Positions 39,597 to 49,814 of a DNA stretch of 64,000 nucleotides are shown piece by piece. A program made the position numbers and the translations under genes. The stretch spans positions 185,474 to 249,473 of the forward strand of contig CAZBWU010000001.1 of NCBI GenBank assembly GCA_964496095.1, read 5' to 3'. The stretch is from an uncultured Gammaproteobacteria bacterium. Its GTDB lineage: Bacteria; Patescibacteriota; Patescibacteriia; Magasanikbacterales; GWA2-37-8. Position 1 is the first letter of the stretch; each line of letters opens with the position of its first letter. The notes below the pieces were generated by a model that did not search any database, had not been told where the DNA came from, and saw only the letters and a program-made list of their open reading frames with translations.

Positions 39597-39758
39597 ATGT
39601 TTATGGTTATGAATTAAACGTTAACCACTGTATATAATATACGATTTATCAAATAATGCAAGTCTTTTCAAAAGATGGTGTGTATATCTCATGTTTTGAC
39701 CTATCTTTTATTTTCAAAAAAGTATATAATATTCTCACTAAATTTAAGCAATTTTTCT

Positions 39759-40109
39759 ATGATAGACATTCAAGAAATATTCAATCGTATCCAAGAAACC
39801 AAGAAAAAACAAAAAGATATTCGTAGTTCTTATAAAGAAGCTTTGTCTGCCTCAGAAGAATATAAGGAAATCAAAGATAAACTAGAAACCTTGAAAGCCC
39901 GCAAAAAACAAATAGAAACTGCAATCAAAGAGAATTTCTCTAGCGAACTTACCAAACTTGATGACCTAAAGATTGACCTTGAGTCAGATGCGGTAATGCT
40001 TAGCGATATGGCGCTTTCCAAGCTGATGAAAGGGGAGACAGTGCAGGTGACTGATCAGTATAATAACAACTACGAACCATTGTTTACTGTACGATTCAAG
40101 AAGGCCTAA
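39759..40109 (+). CDS. Hypothetical coiled-coil protein
   Basis: About 116 aa from ATG 39759 (ORF track start 39675); Lys/Glu-rich heptad pattern; followed by terminator. Confidence 0.4.
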   Translation: MIDIQEIFNRIQETKKKQKDIRSSYKEALSASEEYKEIKDKLETLKARKKQIETAIKENFSSELTKLDDLKIDLESDAVMLSDMALSKLMKGETVQVTDQYNNNYEPLFTVRFKKA

Positions 40110-40130
40110 ATTTGAGAAATAACTTTATCT

Positions 40131-40166
40131 TTAAAACCCCGTCCCGCAATTGCGGGACGGGGTTTT
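40131..40166 (+). terminator. Rho-independent terminator
   Basis: AAAACCCCGTCCCGCAATTGCGGGACGGGGTTTTTG. Confidence 0.85.
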
Positions 40167-40235
40167 TGTTTATAATTATAGCCAGTTTAGCGTATATGAA
40201 AAACTAATATTTTCTGTTATAATATATTTGGCTTA

Positions 40236-41903
40236 TTGTGGCCACTTTGTTTTTATATTATGTCCGATCTGAACAAAGGCATTCTTAGAAAAATCTGCCA
40301 AATTTTTGCTAGATTATTTTTTGTGTTGGGTATTGGTATTGCTCAATTATTTTTTGTAAATATTGTATCTGCGGCCACTCTTTCTATCTCTCCAGCCACT
40401 GGAAATTTTACAACTCCAAATACAATTACCGTCAGTATTGAAGTTAATACCAATCAAGCCATCAATGGTGTGGAAGGTGTCTTGGAATTTCCAACCAATA
40501 AATTAGAGCTCGTTAGTTTTAGTAAGAGTAGATCTATAATGTCGTTGTGGGTGCAAGAACCGTCTTTTTCCAACAGTGGTCAAACAGGTGTTTTGCAATT
40601 TTCAGCTATCAAACTTAATCCTGGTTTTGTTGGTTCTAGAGGTAAAGTGCTCGATGTAGTTTTTCGAGTCAAAGACGCTGGTGTAGCTAACCTTACTTTT
40701 TCATCAGGTTCGGTGTTAGCCAACGATGGCAAGGGAAGTAATTTGCTTAGTTCTTTTGGTTCGGCAGTTTATACTTTAGGCAGAGGAAATACCACCCAAA
40801 CAATTTTGCCATCTAACCCAGGCGGTTCTATAAGTATTCCAAATTTACCTCACAATCAATTTTTGCCAACTCCACAAATAAAATATTGGGTGCAGGATAT
40901 GGCAGGCAAAGATGTTTTGTTTAATACCAGTGACGCAGATCCAAAATGGAGCAATAGTCCGTATGCCAAGATGACTTGGAATCTGCCAGGCGAGGCAACC
41001 GGAGTTGCGACAGTACTTGATGATAGTCCCGATACTGATCCGCCAGCAAAAAATAATAATATAACTACTAATAATTCTCAAGTCTTACCGTTTTTGAATG
41101 AAGGCAAACATTATTTCCATATTCGTTTTTATAACGCCGCTGGCGCTGGACCAACTCTACACTTTCCACTTTTTATAGATCTCAACGAACCAAAACATTT
41201 TACGATTGATTTTGCAGATGCGCAGACCAATAGTCGTGGTTTCCATTCTACTTCTAATCCTCGACCGCGAGCTATATTTTTTACCGAAGATAACATGTCG
41301 GGCGTTGATCGGTACGCTTACAGTTTGAATGGTTCTGATTATTTGGATATTCCTCTAGAAAGAGACAATACATTTATTTTGCCAAAACTTCCGTCTGAGA
41401 CCAGGCAAGATTTGGTAATTCGCGCTTTTGATTTGGCAGGTAATTCTGTAGATGCTAGTGTGTCTCTAACCGTAGAGCCGATTGTCTCGCCGGTTATTTC
41501 TTATTATCCGCATAATGCCGATACTCTCGGCACAGGGCTGGTGATTGATGGTAGGGCTGCGCCAGGCTCTCAGGTAGAGGTGGTGCTAGAGCGCAAAGAA
41601 CCCCTGGTTGTATCTGTAAAGACAGATGATAATGGTATTTGGCGTATGGTCTATGCCAAGGAAATGCAAGCTGGTGTTTATTCGGTGCGGGCTCGCCAAA
41701 TACTAGACAATGGCGCTGAGAGTTCGTTTACCGAACCGGTCACGATTCGTATTAATATGTGGTCAGGTAAATTATTTTCGTGGTTCTATCGTTTTTATGT
41801 TTATATAATCTTGTTTGTTTTGTTTGCTATTGCAGAACTTGTGACTTTGTATTATTATCGTCGGGCAGTACAGCAGATGCGCGCGCAGATGGATAAAAAG
41901 TAA
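40236..41903 (+). CDS. Secreted surface protein with C-terminal membrane anchor
   Basis: 555 aa (alternative start 40260); signal peptide, beta-rich middle, C-terminal TM helix (YIILFVLFAIAELVTLYYY) plus RRxxQQ tail. Confidence 0.5.
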   Translation: MWPLCFYIMSDLNKGILRKICQIFARLFFVLGIGIAQLFFVNIVSAATLSISPATGNFTTPNTITVSIEVNTNQAINGVEGVLEFPTNKLELVSFSKSRSIMSLWVQEPSFSNSGQTGVLQFSAIKLNPGFVGSRGKVLDVVFRVKDAGVANLTFSSGSVLANDGKGSNLLSSFGSAVYTLGRGNTTQTILPSNPGGSISIPNLPHNQFLPTPQIKYWVQDMAGKDVLFNTSDADPKWSNSPYAKMTWNLPGEATGVATVLDDSPDTDPPAKNNNITTNNSQVLPFLNEGKHYFHIRFYNAAGAGPTLHFPLFIDLNEPKHFTIDFADAQTNSRGFHSTSNPRPRAIFFTEDNMSGVDRYAYSLNGSDYLDIPLERDNTFILPKLPSETRQDLVIRAFDLAGNSVDASVSLTVEPIVSPVISYYPHNADTLGTGLVIDGRAAPGSQVEVVLERKEPLVVSVKTDDNGIWRMVYAKEMQAGVYSVRARQILDNGAESSFTEPVTIRINMWSGKLFSWFYRFYVYIILFVLFAIAELVTLYYYRRAVQQMRAQMDKK

Positions 41904-41917
41904 AATAGGATTAAAAT

Positions 41918-42721
41918 ATGCAGCTCTTCCGAAGAATAGCCGAGCGCCTGGTGGTAGCTATATTTAGCTTCGGTTTGTTGTGGTTGGCGGTAATACAGAT
42001 TTTTGAACGACTTGATGATCGAATGCCTGTTTTTTTGGCTGGAGTTCTTACTTACATTTTGGCCGCCTATATTATTTTCCCTCGTATTATTCAGTTTCTG
42101 CTCATGGTTATTCGTCGTGGCCGGATTCCTCGATTTACTAGAACGGCGGATGGGTTAGTGGCTGATCCGATTAATATTATTTTAGTTGGGTCAGAAGAGT
42201 CTTTGAAAAAAGCTTTTGTCTCCGCTGGCTGGTACGAGGCTGATAAACTTACCTGGACAACTAGTTTCAAAATGAGCTTGGCTTTTATTCGGAATACAAA
42301 TTATTTTACAGCGCCATTTAGTCATCAGTATCTTTTTGGTCGCCAACAAGATTTTGGTTTTCAACAACCTATTGGTAAAAGTCCTCGTCATCGTCATCAT
42401 ATCCGTTTGTGGGCAGCCAATCTTGATCCGGAAGTAGATTTATCAGACCTTAAGTATTGGTTGCGCAAACATGAAATTGATCCTAGTCAGGCGACGATGT
42501 GGGTAGGCAGTGGGAGCAAAGATATTGGTTTTGGGTTGACCAGGATGACATATCAGATTAGTCATAAGGTTGATAAGAATGTTGATGATGAACGAGATTA
42601 TATTATTTCATCTTTGCGTAATAGTGGACAAATATTAAAAGAAGAATATTTTGATTCTGGTAAATTTATTGTCAGAAAATATAAGTCCGATGGGCGGATT
42701 TTGGTGGCTTATTTAAAATAA
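41918..42721 (+). CDS. Hypothetical membrane protein, LssY-C-terminal-like
   Basis: 267 aa; two N-terminal TM helices then soluble domain; weak recollection of LssY_C-type family. Confidence 0.35.
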   Translation: MQLFRRIAERLVVAIFSFGLLWLAVIQIFERLDDRMPVFLAGVLTYILAAYIIFPRIIQFLLMVIRRGRIPRFTRTADGLVADPINIILVGSEESLKKAFVSAGWYEADKLTWTTSFKMSLAFIRNTNYFTAPFSHQYLFGRQQDFGFQQPIGKSPRHRHHIRLWAANLDPEVDLSDLKYWLRKHEIDPSQATMWVGSGSKDIGFGLTRMTYQISHKVDKNVDDERDYIISSLRNSGQILKEEYFDSGKFIVRKYKSDGRILVAYLK

Positions 42722-42772
42722 GTTTGTGAAATTAGGCTTTGTGTAATATTAAATATATTTATTCGTTTACCT

Positions 42773-44374
42773 ATGTCTCATAGAGAAGCTGCTTATAACT
42801 CAACGAGAACGAACGAAGTACAAGAAATAAAACCTTTAGAAATATCTAAACGAGTAGGTTTTTTTATTGATAGTATTGTTTCAGTTGCTCAAACTGCTGA
42901 AGTGGGTATTATGTCAGGTGATGAGATTGTATCTGTTGGTGGAAAAGAAGTAAAATCCGCTGAAGTTATAGATGAATTAATTGTTGGCAGTAATGGTGTC
43001 GCTATAGAGGTTGGGGTGCGCCGAGCTGATAATTTTTTTAATTATACTATAACTCCGGTTTTTAATGAGGCTTTAAGAAAATATGATGCTGGTTTTTCTA
43101 TAAAAGCAAAAGAATTAATTGCAAAAAAACGAGGAGATAAGGAGTATGAGTGTGAAAGAGGATATAAAGAGTGTAAAGACGTAAACGGCACATTAATATG
43201 TACGATGGTGCTTGATTTAGATCGGCAGAAAGTTATGATGCCGTCTTGTAGCAAAGATCTTGGGTCATATCCAGTAGACAGAGTTGACAGTTTAGTTCTT
43301 GTCGGCAAAGACGGCAAAGAGTTCGATGTGTTAGAAAGATTTAATAAGCACGAAGTTTTAGTTTTAGTAGACAAAGTTGCTGCCGACGCTAAATACGCAC
43401 ATTTTGTTTTAAAAGATGGCTCTGATGCAGAAGTTGTGTCTATAAGAAGTGAGGCGGTTCAATCTATGGTTTCAACCCTTCTTCATGAGTTTACTCATGT
43501 AGAGCAAGATCATTCAGATAATGAAAAAACTCAGAATTTATTAATTTTGTATGGTTCGGAGAAACAGGTTAAACATTATAATGAGTCTGGATATACTGCT
43601 ATAAGGTGGTATATTGACAGGATTCTTTTTGACGTACCAGAGGCAGAAAGTGGTACTGTGGGTATACTAGATGAGCTTAGAAAAGGCGAAGAAGAAAAAA
43701 AGGTAATAAAATTAAAGGTGGATAAATTTTTTGATTGTCATCATGATCCTGAGCATGCTTTGAAATCTCGTATTACGGCGTTTGATTGGGCAGAAGTAGC
43801 TTTAGATTTTATCTTAAAAAATAATTTATATAATAATCTCAATGCTGAATCATTAGAAAATGAATTTATAGAGGCCTTAAATAAAGTAGAAGCCTTTGAT
43901 TTATCTAATAGATCAGTTTTTGATGATTATATAAGTAGGGTACTTGCTTATAAATTAGAATATCAAGCCATAGAATTAAGACAGAAAGAATTAATAAAAA
44001 AAGGCAAGGTGCTTTCTATTTTATCCTTGCCAACCCAGATAATTGAGCGCGATGCTGAGAGAGGAAGTCTTGAAGGTTTGCGCGCCATTCGTCAAGAAAC
44101 TGGTTTTGATCTTTTGTCAGAATTTGAAAAAGAAGATTACTCCTTTGTCGAAGGCCCCATTTTTGAAGCCTATATGCATTGGAAAAGGGAAAGACAAGAA
44201 GATATTTTTGAAACAGGAGTTGAATTATCGAATACTGGAATAAAAGCAAGCACTGCGGGATGTTTAGTAAAAAGATATATGCAAAGCATAGGTGCTACTC
44301 TTGGTAATATGCGTCGCCCTGCTAAAGATGGTCAAATTGGAGAAATGCCAAAGATTAAAAAAGAAAAAAAGTAG
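42773..44374 (+). CDS. Hypothetical protein with HExxH metalloprotease-like motif and N-terminal PDZ-like segment
   Basis: 533 aa; GIMSGDEIVSVGGKEV (PDZ-like), LLHEFTHVEQDH (HExxH...D). Confidence 0.4.
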   Translation: MSHREAAYNSTRTNEVQEIKPLEISKRVGFFIDSIVSVAQTAEVGIMSGDEIVSVGGKEVKSAEVIDELIVGSNGVAIEVGVRRADNFFNYTITPVFNEALRKYDAGFSIKAKELIAKKRGDKEYECERGYKECKDVNGTLICTMVLDLDRQKVMMPSCSKDLGSYPVDRVDSLVLVGKDGKEFDVLERFNKHEVLVLVDKVAADAKYAHFVLKDGSDAEVVSIRSEAVQSMVSTLLHEFTHVEQDHSDNEKTQNLLILYGSEKQVKHYNESGYTAIRWYIDRILFDVPEAESGTVGILDELRKGEEEKKVIKLKVDKFFDCHHDPEHALKSRITAFDWAEVALDFILKNNLYNNLNAESLENEFIEALNKVEAFDLSNRSVFDDYISRVLAYKLEYQAIELRQKELIKKGKVLSILSLPTQIIERDAERGSLEGLRAIRQETGFDLLSEFEKEDYSFVEGPIFEAYMHWKRERQEDIFETGVELSNTGIKASTAGCLVKRYMQSIGATLGNMRRPAKDGQIGEMPKIKKEKK

Positions 44375-44405
44375 GATGATTTAGTTGTTATAACTTAAAC
44401 ATAAT

Positions 44406-44437
44406 AAAAAATCCTCAGATTGCTCCGAGGATTTTTT
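44406..44437. terminator. Bidirectional rho-independent terminator
   Basis: AAAAAATCCTCAGATTGCTCCGAGGATTTTTTG between convergent genes. Confidence 0.8.
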
Positions 44438-44452
44438 GTTTTGTTTAAGTTA

Positions 44453-44728
44453 TTATTTCAAAGCGTCTTTGAGAGCTTTGCCAGCTTTAAACTTCGGTAC
44501 GGTGACAGCTGCGATTTGGATTTTTTGAGTAGGGTTCTGTGGGTTAACGCCCTGTCTAGCAGCGCGTTGTTTGGCGGAGAAAGCGCCAAAACCTGTCAAA
44601 ACGACTTCTTCACCCTTTTTCAATTGGGCTACGATAGTGTCAAGGATACCGTTTAAAGTGTCTTCAACTTGGCGTTTTGGCAAATTTAAGCTTTCTGCTA
44701 CTGCTTGTGATAAATCTGCTTTATTCAT
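44453..44728 (-). CDS. hup: DNA-binding protein HU (second paralog)
   Basis: 91 aa; HU/IHF family (VLTGFGAFSAKQRAARQGVNPQNPTQKIQI). Confidence 0.88.
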   Translation of the reverse strand: MNKADLSQAVAESLNLPKRQVEDTLNGILDTIVAQLKKGEEVVLTGFGAFSAKQRAARQGVNPQNPTQKIQIAAVTVPKFKAGKALKDALK

Positions 44729-44784
44729 AGTTTCACCCCCTTTCTATATTATAGATATAAAATTATTATAATTAGTCCTATTTT

Positions 44785-46311
44785 TTATTTTGCATATTCT
44801 ACCACGCGTGTTTCGCGGATGATAGTGACGCGGATTTCACCAGGGTATTGCAATTCTTGTTCAATCTTGCGGGAAATGTCTTTGGCCAATTGGAAAGCAG
44901 AATAATCATCAACTTCATTTGGTTTGACAAAGACACGGATTTCACGGCCTGCTTGGATAGCGTAGACCTTATCAATACCAGGGAAAGTTTTGGCTGTGTT
45001 TTCTAATTCTTCTAAACGAGCGACAAACTGTTCGTAGCTGTCCTTGCGAGCACCGACGCGAGCACCAGAGATAGCGTCAGCAGCTTTGGCAATAGAAGAA
45101 TAGATGTTGTATGGTTTGTCTTGGTGGTGAGTAAGAGCAGCTTGGCAGATATCTTCATCCATGTTGAATTTCTTGAGGATGAGATGGCCAATTTCAGGAT
45201 GGGATCCTTGAGTTTCTTGGTCAACCGCTTTACCGATATCGTGGAAGAAGCCACATTTTTTGGCTTTAGCAGCATCGAGTCCGAGTTCGCTAGCAATCAT
45301 CCCAGCCAAGTAACCAGTTTCCATGGAGTGGTTGATAATATTTTGACCATAACTAGTGCGGTATTTGAGACGACCAACGATGCTCACAAGTTTTGGATCA
45401 ATACCGGTAATGCCCATTTTGTAGAGCGCTTCTTCACCGGCTTTTTTGATATCAAGCGCCAAATCTTGTTTGGCTTTTTCGACAAACTCTTCGATGCGCG
45501 CTGGTTGGATACGGCCATCAGCCATAAGTTTTTCAAGAGCTAGTTTGGCAATTTGACGGCGGATAGGGGAGAAGCCAGAAACTAAGATTGCATCTGGGGT
45601 GTCATCAATGATAAGTTCACAGCCTGTAAGTTTTTCAATAGTTTTGATGTTGCGTCCTTCTTTACCGATAATACGTCCTTTCATATCTTCACTAGTAAGT
45701 TGGACGGTAGTAGAAGTAATTTCCGCAGCATGAGAAGAAGCGCAACGCTGGACAGCGTCGGCGATAAGGTTTCGAGCTTTTTCTTCGTAGACTTCGTTTG
45801 ATTCTTTGTCCAATTTCAAAACTCGGGACATTAAATCAGTCTTACTATCTTCTTCAACGCGTTTGAGTAATTCTTCTTTAGCCTCGTCTTTGGTGAGGTT
45901 AGAAATGGTTTGTAGTTTTAAGACGCCTTGTTCGTGAAGTTTTTCGATGTTTACTTTTATCTGTTGGATCTGATCGGCTTTCTCTTGGAGCTTTTTCTTG
46001 TCGTTGTCGATTTCCACTATTTTTTGGTCAAACAAAGTTTCGCGACGCTCCAGTCTTTCTTGCGCACTATGTAGGTCTTGGCGAATTTGTTTTTCTTCCT
46101 TTTTGACCTCCTCAAGGACTTGAGCGGCCTTTTCTTTGCCTTGGAGGATTAGTTCCTGTTGCTGGGTCTTGGCGTCTGCTAAGATTTTTTCTGCCTTAGC
46201 CTCTATAGAATTTGCCTGAGCTTGAGCTAGTTTTTTTCTTAAAACATAACCCGCTCCAACTCCGGCGCCTGTACCGGCAATTACCAGTATTGCCCAAATT
46301 ACACTGTTCAT
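44785..46311 (-). CDS. rny: Ribonuclease Y
   Basis: 508 aa; N-terminal TM, coiled coil, KH domain, HD domain (HH...D motifs). Confidence 0.9.
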   Translation of the reverse strand: MNSVIWAILVIAGTGAGVGAGYVLRKKLAQAQANSIEAKAEKILADAKTQQQELILQGKEKAAQVLEEVKKEEKQIRQDLHSAQERLERRETLFDQKIVEIDNDKKKLQEKADQIQQIKVNIEKLHEQGVLKLQTISNLTKDEAKEELLKRVEEDSKTDLMSRVLKLDKESNEVYEEKARNLIADAVQRCASSHAAEITSTTVQLTSEDMKGRIIGKEGRNIKTIEKLTGCELIIDDTPDAILVSGFSPIRRQIAKLALEKLMADGRIQPARIEEFVEKAKQDLALDIKKAGEEALYKMGITGIDPKLVSIVGRLKYRTSYGQNIINHSMETGYLAGMIASELGLDAAKAKKCGFFHDIGKAVDQETQGSHPEIGHLILKKFNMDEDICQAALTHHQDKPYNIYSSIAKAADAISGARVGARKDSYEQFVARLEELENTAKTFPGIDKVYAIQAGREIRVFVKPNEVDDYSAFQLAKDISRKIEQELQYPGEIRVTIIRETRVVEYAK

Positions 46312-46723
46312 ATATGCATATATAATCTCGTTCGCTCAGAAATACCCAGCTCAATATTTATAATCTGTAAACGATTATAAATATTTCACCGACTATTTCA
46401 TTCACTCACTTCGATTATACAAAAAATTTCTCAAAATCTTGAGTCATTACTGCTTATACTTAAAGAAGATTTGCTAGCCTTAGGCTTTTTTTACCGATAA
46501 AACACAAAAGATTTCAGACAAATTTGTCTGAATTAGGAAGTTTTGGAAGTTTTTTTGTAGTTTTGTTGGCATAAAACCGGCTTGGCGTTGATCTTTTCCA
46601 GATTCTTCTTGTAAAGATAAGGTAATTACCCTAAGATCATTAATTATTTAATCTGGGAATATGGTACCATCGCTGGCCTGTTTTGTCAAACTAATGTATT
46701 GTGAGAAAAAATTAAATTAAGGA

Positions 46724-46930
46724 TTAGTTTACTTCCGGTGGTATTATGGGCTGCTTGTCATCGTCTTTTTTGGGATTAGGATTATCTACTACAGGTACTA
46801 TCCCAATTTCAAGTGGCACTTGTGCAGGATTTTCTATCTCTCTTTGCCTTCTGTTTCTATCGGCTTTCTCACCATCGGGAATTTCTGGCATAATCTTAGG
46901 CATCCACCATTCTGGTTTTGGAATAGACAT
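46724..46930 (-). CDS. Small Pro-rich hypothetical protein
   Basis: 68 aa ORF immediately downstream of truB on same strand; weak. Confidence 0.25.
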   Translation of the reverse strand: MSIPKPEWWMPKIMPEIPDGEKADRNRRQREIENPAQVPLEIGIVPVVDNPNPKKDDDKQPIIPPEVN

Positions 46931-46934
46931 ATAT

Positions 46935-47675
46935 TTATTTTAAAGTATCTAAGTTAATAGCATTAGTTAGTAAGTAGTCACCAATCTGAGTACGAACCAA
47001 TTCTTGGCAAAAGGCGCCGGTGCCAAGCTTTTGGCCAAGGTCGTGAGCAAGGGTCCGGATATATGTTCCTGCCGAACATTGTACCTCTATTTTTAAAACA
47101 GGCCAAGTGTAATCCAAAAGTTTAATTTCATAAATTTCTATCTCGTTTGGTTGGCGTTCTACTTCTATGCCTTTGCGGGCGAGGGTGTATAATCTTTGGC
47201 CGTTTATTTTTTTAGCAGAAAACATCGGCGGGATTTGGAGTTGTTTGCCTGTAAAAGATTTTATTGCCTCTAGGATTTGCTCTTCGGTTATTGTTTTTGG
47301 GTTATTCGTTTTTTCTATTTTTCCAGTTTTGTCGTAAGTATCGCTAGTTTCTCCGAATTTGATGGTGGCAATATAAATTTTTTTCATTCTTTTAAATTCG
47401 TCTAAGTTTCTGGTAGATTCTCGTCCAACGCCGATAATTAATAATCCAGTGGCAAAAGGATCAAGTGTTCCTGCATGACCGACTCGGAGTTTTTTTGGGC
47501 TGTTATTCTGAGGCTCTGCCGAAGAATCCCTTTCGTTTGGTTTTAAGGGATCCTTTACGGAGTTTATCCCCTTTGGGGGGTTCAGGATGACACCGTTCCT
47601 AACTTTATTACGTACAAAAGCTACAGCATCAAAGCTGGTCCAACCTTCGGGTTTGTTGATGAGTAGGAATGACAT
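46935..47675 (-). CDS. truB: tRNA pseudouridine(55) synthase TruB
   Basis: 246 aa; catalytic motif GHAGTLDPFATG; contains an in-frame repeat-element insertion upstream of the catalytic Asp region. Confidence 0.88.
   Translation of the reverse strand: MSFLLINKPEGWTSFDAVAFVRNKVRNGVILNPPKGINSVKDPLKPNERDSSAEPQNNSPKKLRVGHAGTLDPFATGLLIIGVGRESTRNLDEFKRMKKIYIATIKFGETSDTYDKTGKIEKTNNPKTITEEQILEAIKSFTGKQLQIPPMFSAKKINGQRLYTLARKGIEVERQPNEIEIYEIKLLDYTWPVLKIEVQCSAGTYIRTLAHDLGQKLGTGAFCQELVRTQIGDYLLTNAINLDTLK
47501..47592. repeat. TGTCAT-TIR element copy, in-frame inside truB
   Basis: TGTTATTCTGAGGCTCTGCCGAAGAATCCC...GGGATCCTTTACGG...TTCAGGATGACA; encodes extra loop ...ILNPPKGINSVKDPLKPNERDSSAEPQNNSPKK... 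in TruB. Confidence 0.8.
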
Positions 47676-47782
47676 ATGTTTATAACCATATTATGGATGA
47701 ATTTTGGAGAAAGGGCAATGGGGTAAAATTGACTTTTCATCCTTTATTCTATATACTTAGATTTATTCTAATCTAAAATCCT

Positions 47783-49804
47783 GTGAACGTCTCCGAACTA
47801 GCCAGACAACTCCGCATCCACCCGCAAAAGCTTTTGCAAATATTGCCTGAGTTTGGTTTTGATATTGGCGCCCGCGCGGTGAAAATCGATGATCGTGTGG
47901 CTCAGCAAATCCAACGTCAATGGAAGCGCATTAAGTTTGTCATGGAAGAAAGAGAGCAGAAAGAAAAGGAAAAGCAAAAAGAATTAGAAAAAGAAGCTCG
48001 CCAGAGTAGTGGGGTGACGGTTTCTATTGGCGACAAGATGACAGTGAGAGAATTGGCTGATTTGTTGCAAGTGCCAGTGACCAAGCTGATTATGGAATTC
48101 ATGAAAAACGGCATCTTGGCTACGCAAAATGAAAATGTAGATCATGATACTGCAGCACTAGTGGCGCAAGAAATGGGCTTTACTGTGGCCGAGGCTCATG
48201 CTGAAACCAAAGTTGAAGAATTTGATACTGCTCATGTAGAAAATCTCGAAAGTATTCTTACTAAAGATGCGACTACGGCTCGTCCGCCAGTGATTGTCGT
48301 AATGGGCCACGTTGATCATGGTAAAACAAAATTGTTGGACTCTATCCGTAATGCCAATGTGATGGGCGGAGAAGCTGGTGGTATCACTCAGCATATCGGT
48401 GCGTATCAAGTAATCTGGACAAATCCAAAAACCAAAGAAAAATCTCCTTTAACTTTTATTGATACTCCTGGTCACGAAGCTTTTTCAGTAATGCGTGGTC
48501 GTGGCGCCAAAGTAGCCGATATTGCGGTGCTTGTCGTTGCAGCTGATGATAGTGTGAAACCGCAAACAGTAGAAGCAATCAAGATTATTAAAGCCGTGAA
48601 GTTGCCGATTGTGGTCGCCATAAACAAAATTGATAAAGAAGGTGCTGATCCAAAAAAAGTTCGCGCTGATTTGTCTCAACATGATGTGCTGGTAGAAGAA
48701 TGGGGCGGGGATACGCCAGTGGTTGAAATTTCCGCTAAACAAAATCTTAATATTGATAAACTTTTGGATGTCTTGTTGCTTGTTGCTGATGTGCATGCGG
48801 GTGAAATTATGGCCAATCCAGACAGAGCGGCGGCTGGTACTGTGATCGAAGCCCACGTTGACAAAGGGGAAGGACCAGTGGCAACTGTCTTGGTACAAAC
48901 TGGTACACTCAAACTCAATGATCCGCTCGTGGTCAATGGTGAAATTTACGGCAAAGTGCGCGCCATGAAAAATTATAAGGGAGAAAATTTGTTAGTTGCG
49001 CCTCCAAGTTGTCCGGTGAGAATTCTTGGTTTTAAAGTCGCTCCGCAAGTCGGAGATATTTTGGATGTGGGTAGCGCGGCGGGGGCCAGTCTTATTAGTA
49101 TAAAAGAAAAGAAAAATATTCAATCTGGCGCGGAAAGAAAAGTTGTCTCTATGACGGCTGACCCAGAAGATGAAGAGCAGAAAAAAGTTTTGAATTTGGT
49201 TATTAAGGCTGATACTCTTGGGTCACTAGAAGCGATTATCGGGTCTTTGGAAAAAATAAAAAATGAAGAAGTGGGAGTGCGTATTATCGGCAAAGGTTTG
49301 GGTAATGTGATGGCTGATGATGTGGCCAAAGCTGAGACAGCTCACGCCATTGTTTGTGGGTTTAATGTGGTACCAGTACCGCTTGCCAAAAATATGATTC
49401 AAGATAAGAATATCCAATTTTTGCAGTTTAACGTAATTTATGATTTAATGGATTTTGTAAAAGTAGAACTTAAAAAACTTCTTAATCCGGAAAAAGTGGT
49501 TACTGAACTCGGTAGTATCCGTGTGGCCGCCATTTTCCGCACGGCCAAAGGTAGTATGATTATTGGTGGTCGCGTAGAATCAGGCAAGCTCAAAAAAGAC
49601 GCGCGCGTGCGAGTAAAAAGAGACAGAGAAGTAATTGGTCTGGGGAAAATCGGCCAATTGCAATCTGGCAAACAAATGGTTAATGAATTGCCTCAAGGTA
49701 ATGAAGGCGGTTTGCAGTTTGATGGAAAAATAAAACTGGAAGTTGGGGATGTTTTGGAAGCTTATACGGAAGAAGAGAAAGAGAAGAAGCTGATTTTGGA
49801 GTAA
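47783..49804 (+). CDS. infB: Translation initiation factor IF-2
   Basis: 673 aa from GTG start; GTPase motifs GHVDHGKT, DTPGH, NKID; IF-2 domain order. Confidence 0.92.
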   Translation: MNVSELARQLRIHPQKLLQILPEFGFDIGARAVKIDDRVAQQIQRQWKRIKFVMEEREQKEKEKQKELEKEARQSSGVTVSIGDKMTVRELADLLQVPVTKLIMEFMKNGILATQNENVDHDTAALVAQEMGFTVAEAHAETKVEEFDTAHVENLESILTKDATTARPPVIVVMGHVDHGKTKLLDSIRNANVMGGEAGGITQHIGAYQVIWTNPKTKEKSPLTFIDTPGHEAFSVMRGRGAKVADIAVLVVAADDSVKPQTVEAIKIIKAVKLPIVVAINKIDKEGADPKKVRADLSQHDVLVEEWGGDTPVVEISAKQNLNIDKLLDVLLLVADVHAGEIMANPDRAAAGTVIEAHVDKGEGPVATVLVQTGTLKLNDPLVVNGEIYGKVRAMKNYKGENLLVAPPSCPVRILGFKVAPQVGDILDVGSAAGASLISIKEKKNIQSGAERKVVSMTADPEDEEQKKVLNLVIKADTLGSLEAIIGSLEKIKNEEVGVRIIGKGLGNVMADDVAKAETAHAIVCGFNVVPVPLAKNMIQDKNIQFLQFNVIYDLMDFVKVELKKLLNPEKVVTELGSIRVAAIFRTAKGSMIIGGRVESGKLKKDARVRVKRDREVIGLGKIGQLQSGKQMVNELPQGNEGGLQFDGKIKLEVGDVLEAYTEEEKEKKLILE

Positions 49805-49814
49805 TTTTTTCGTC

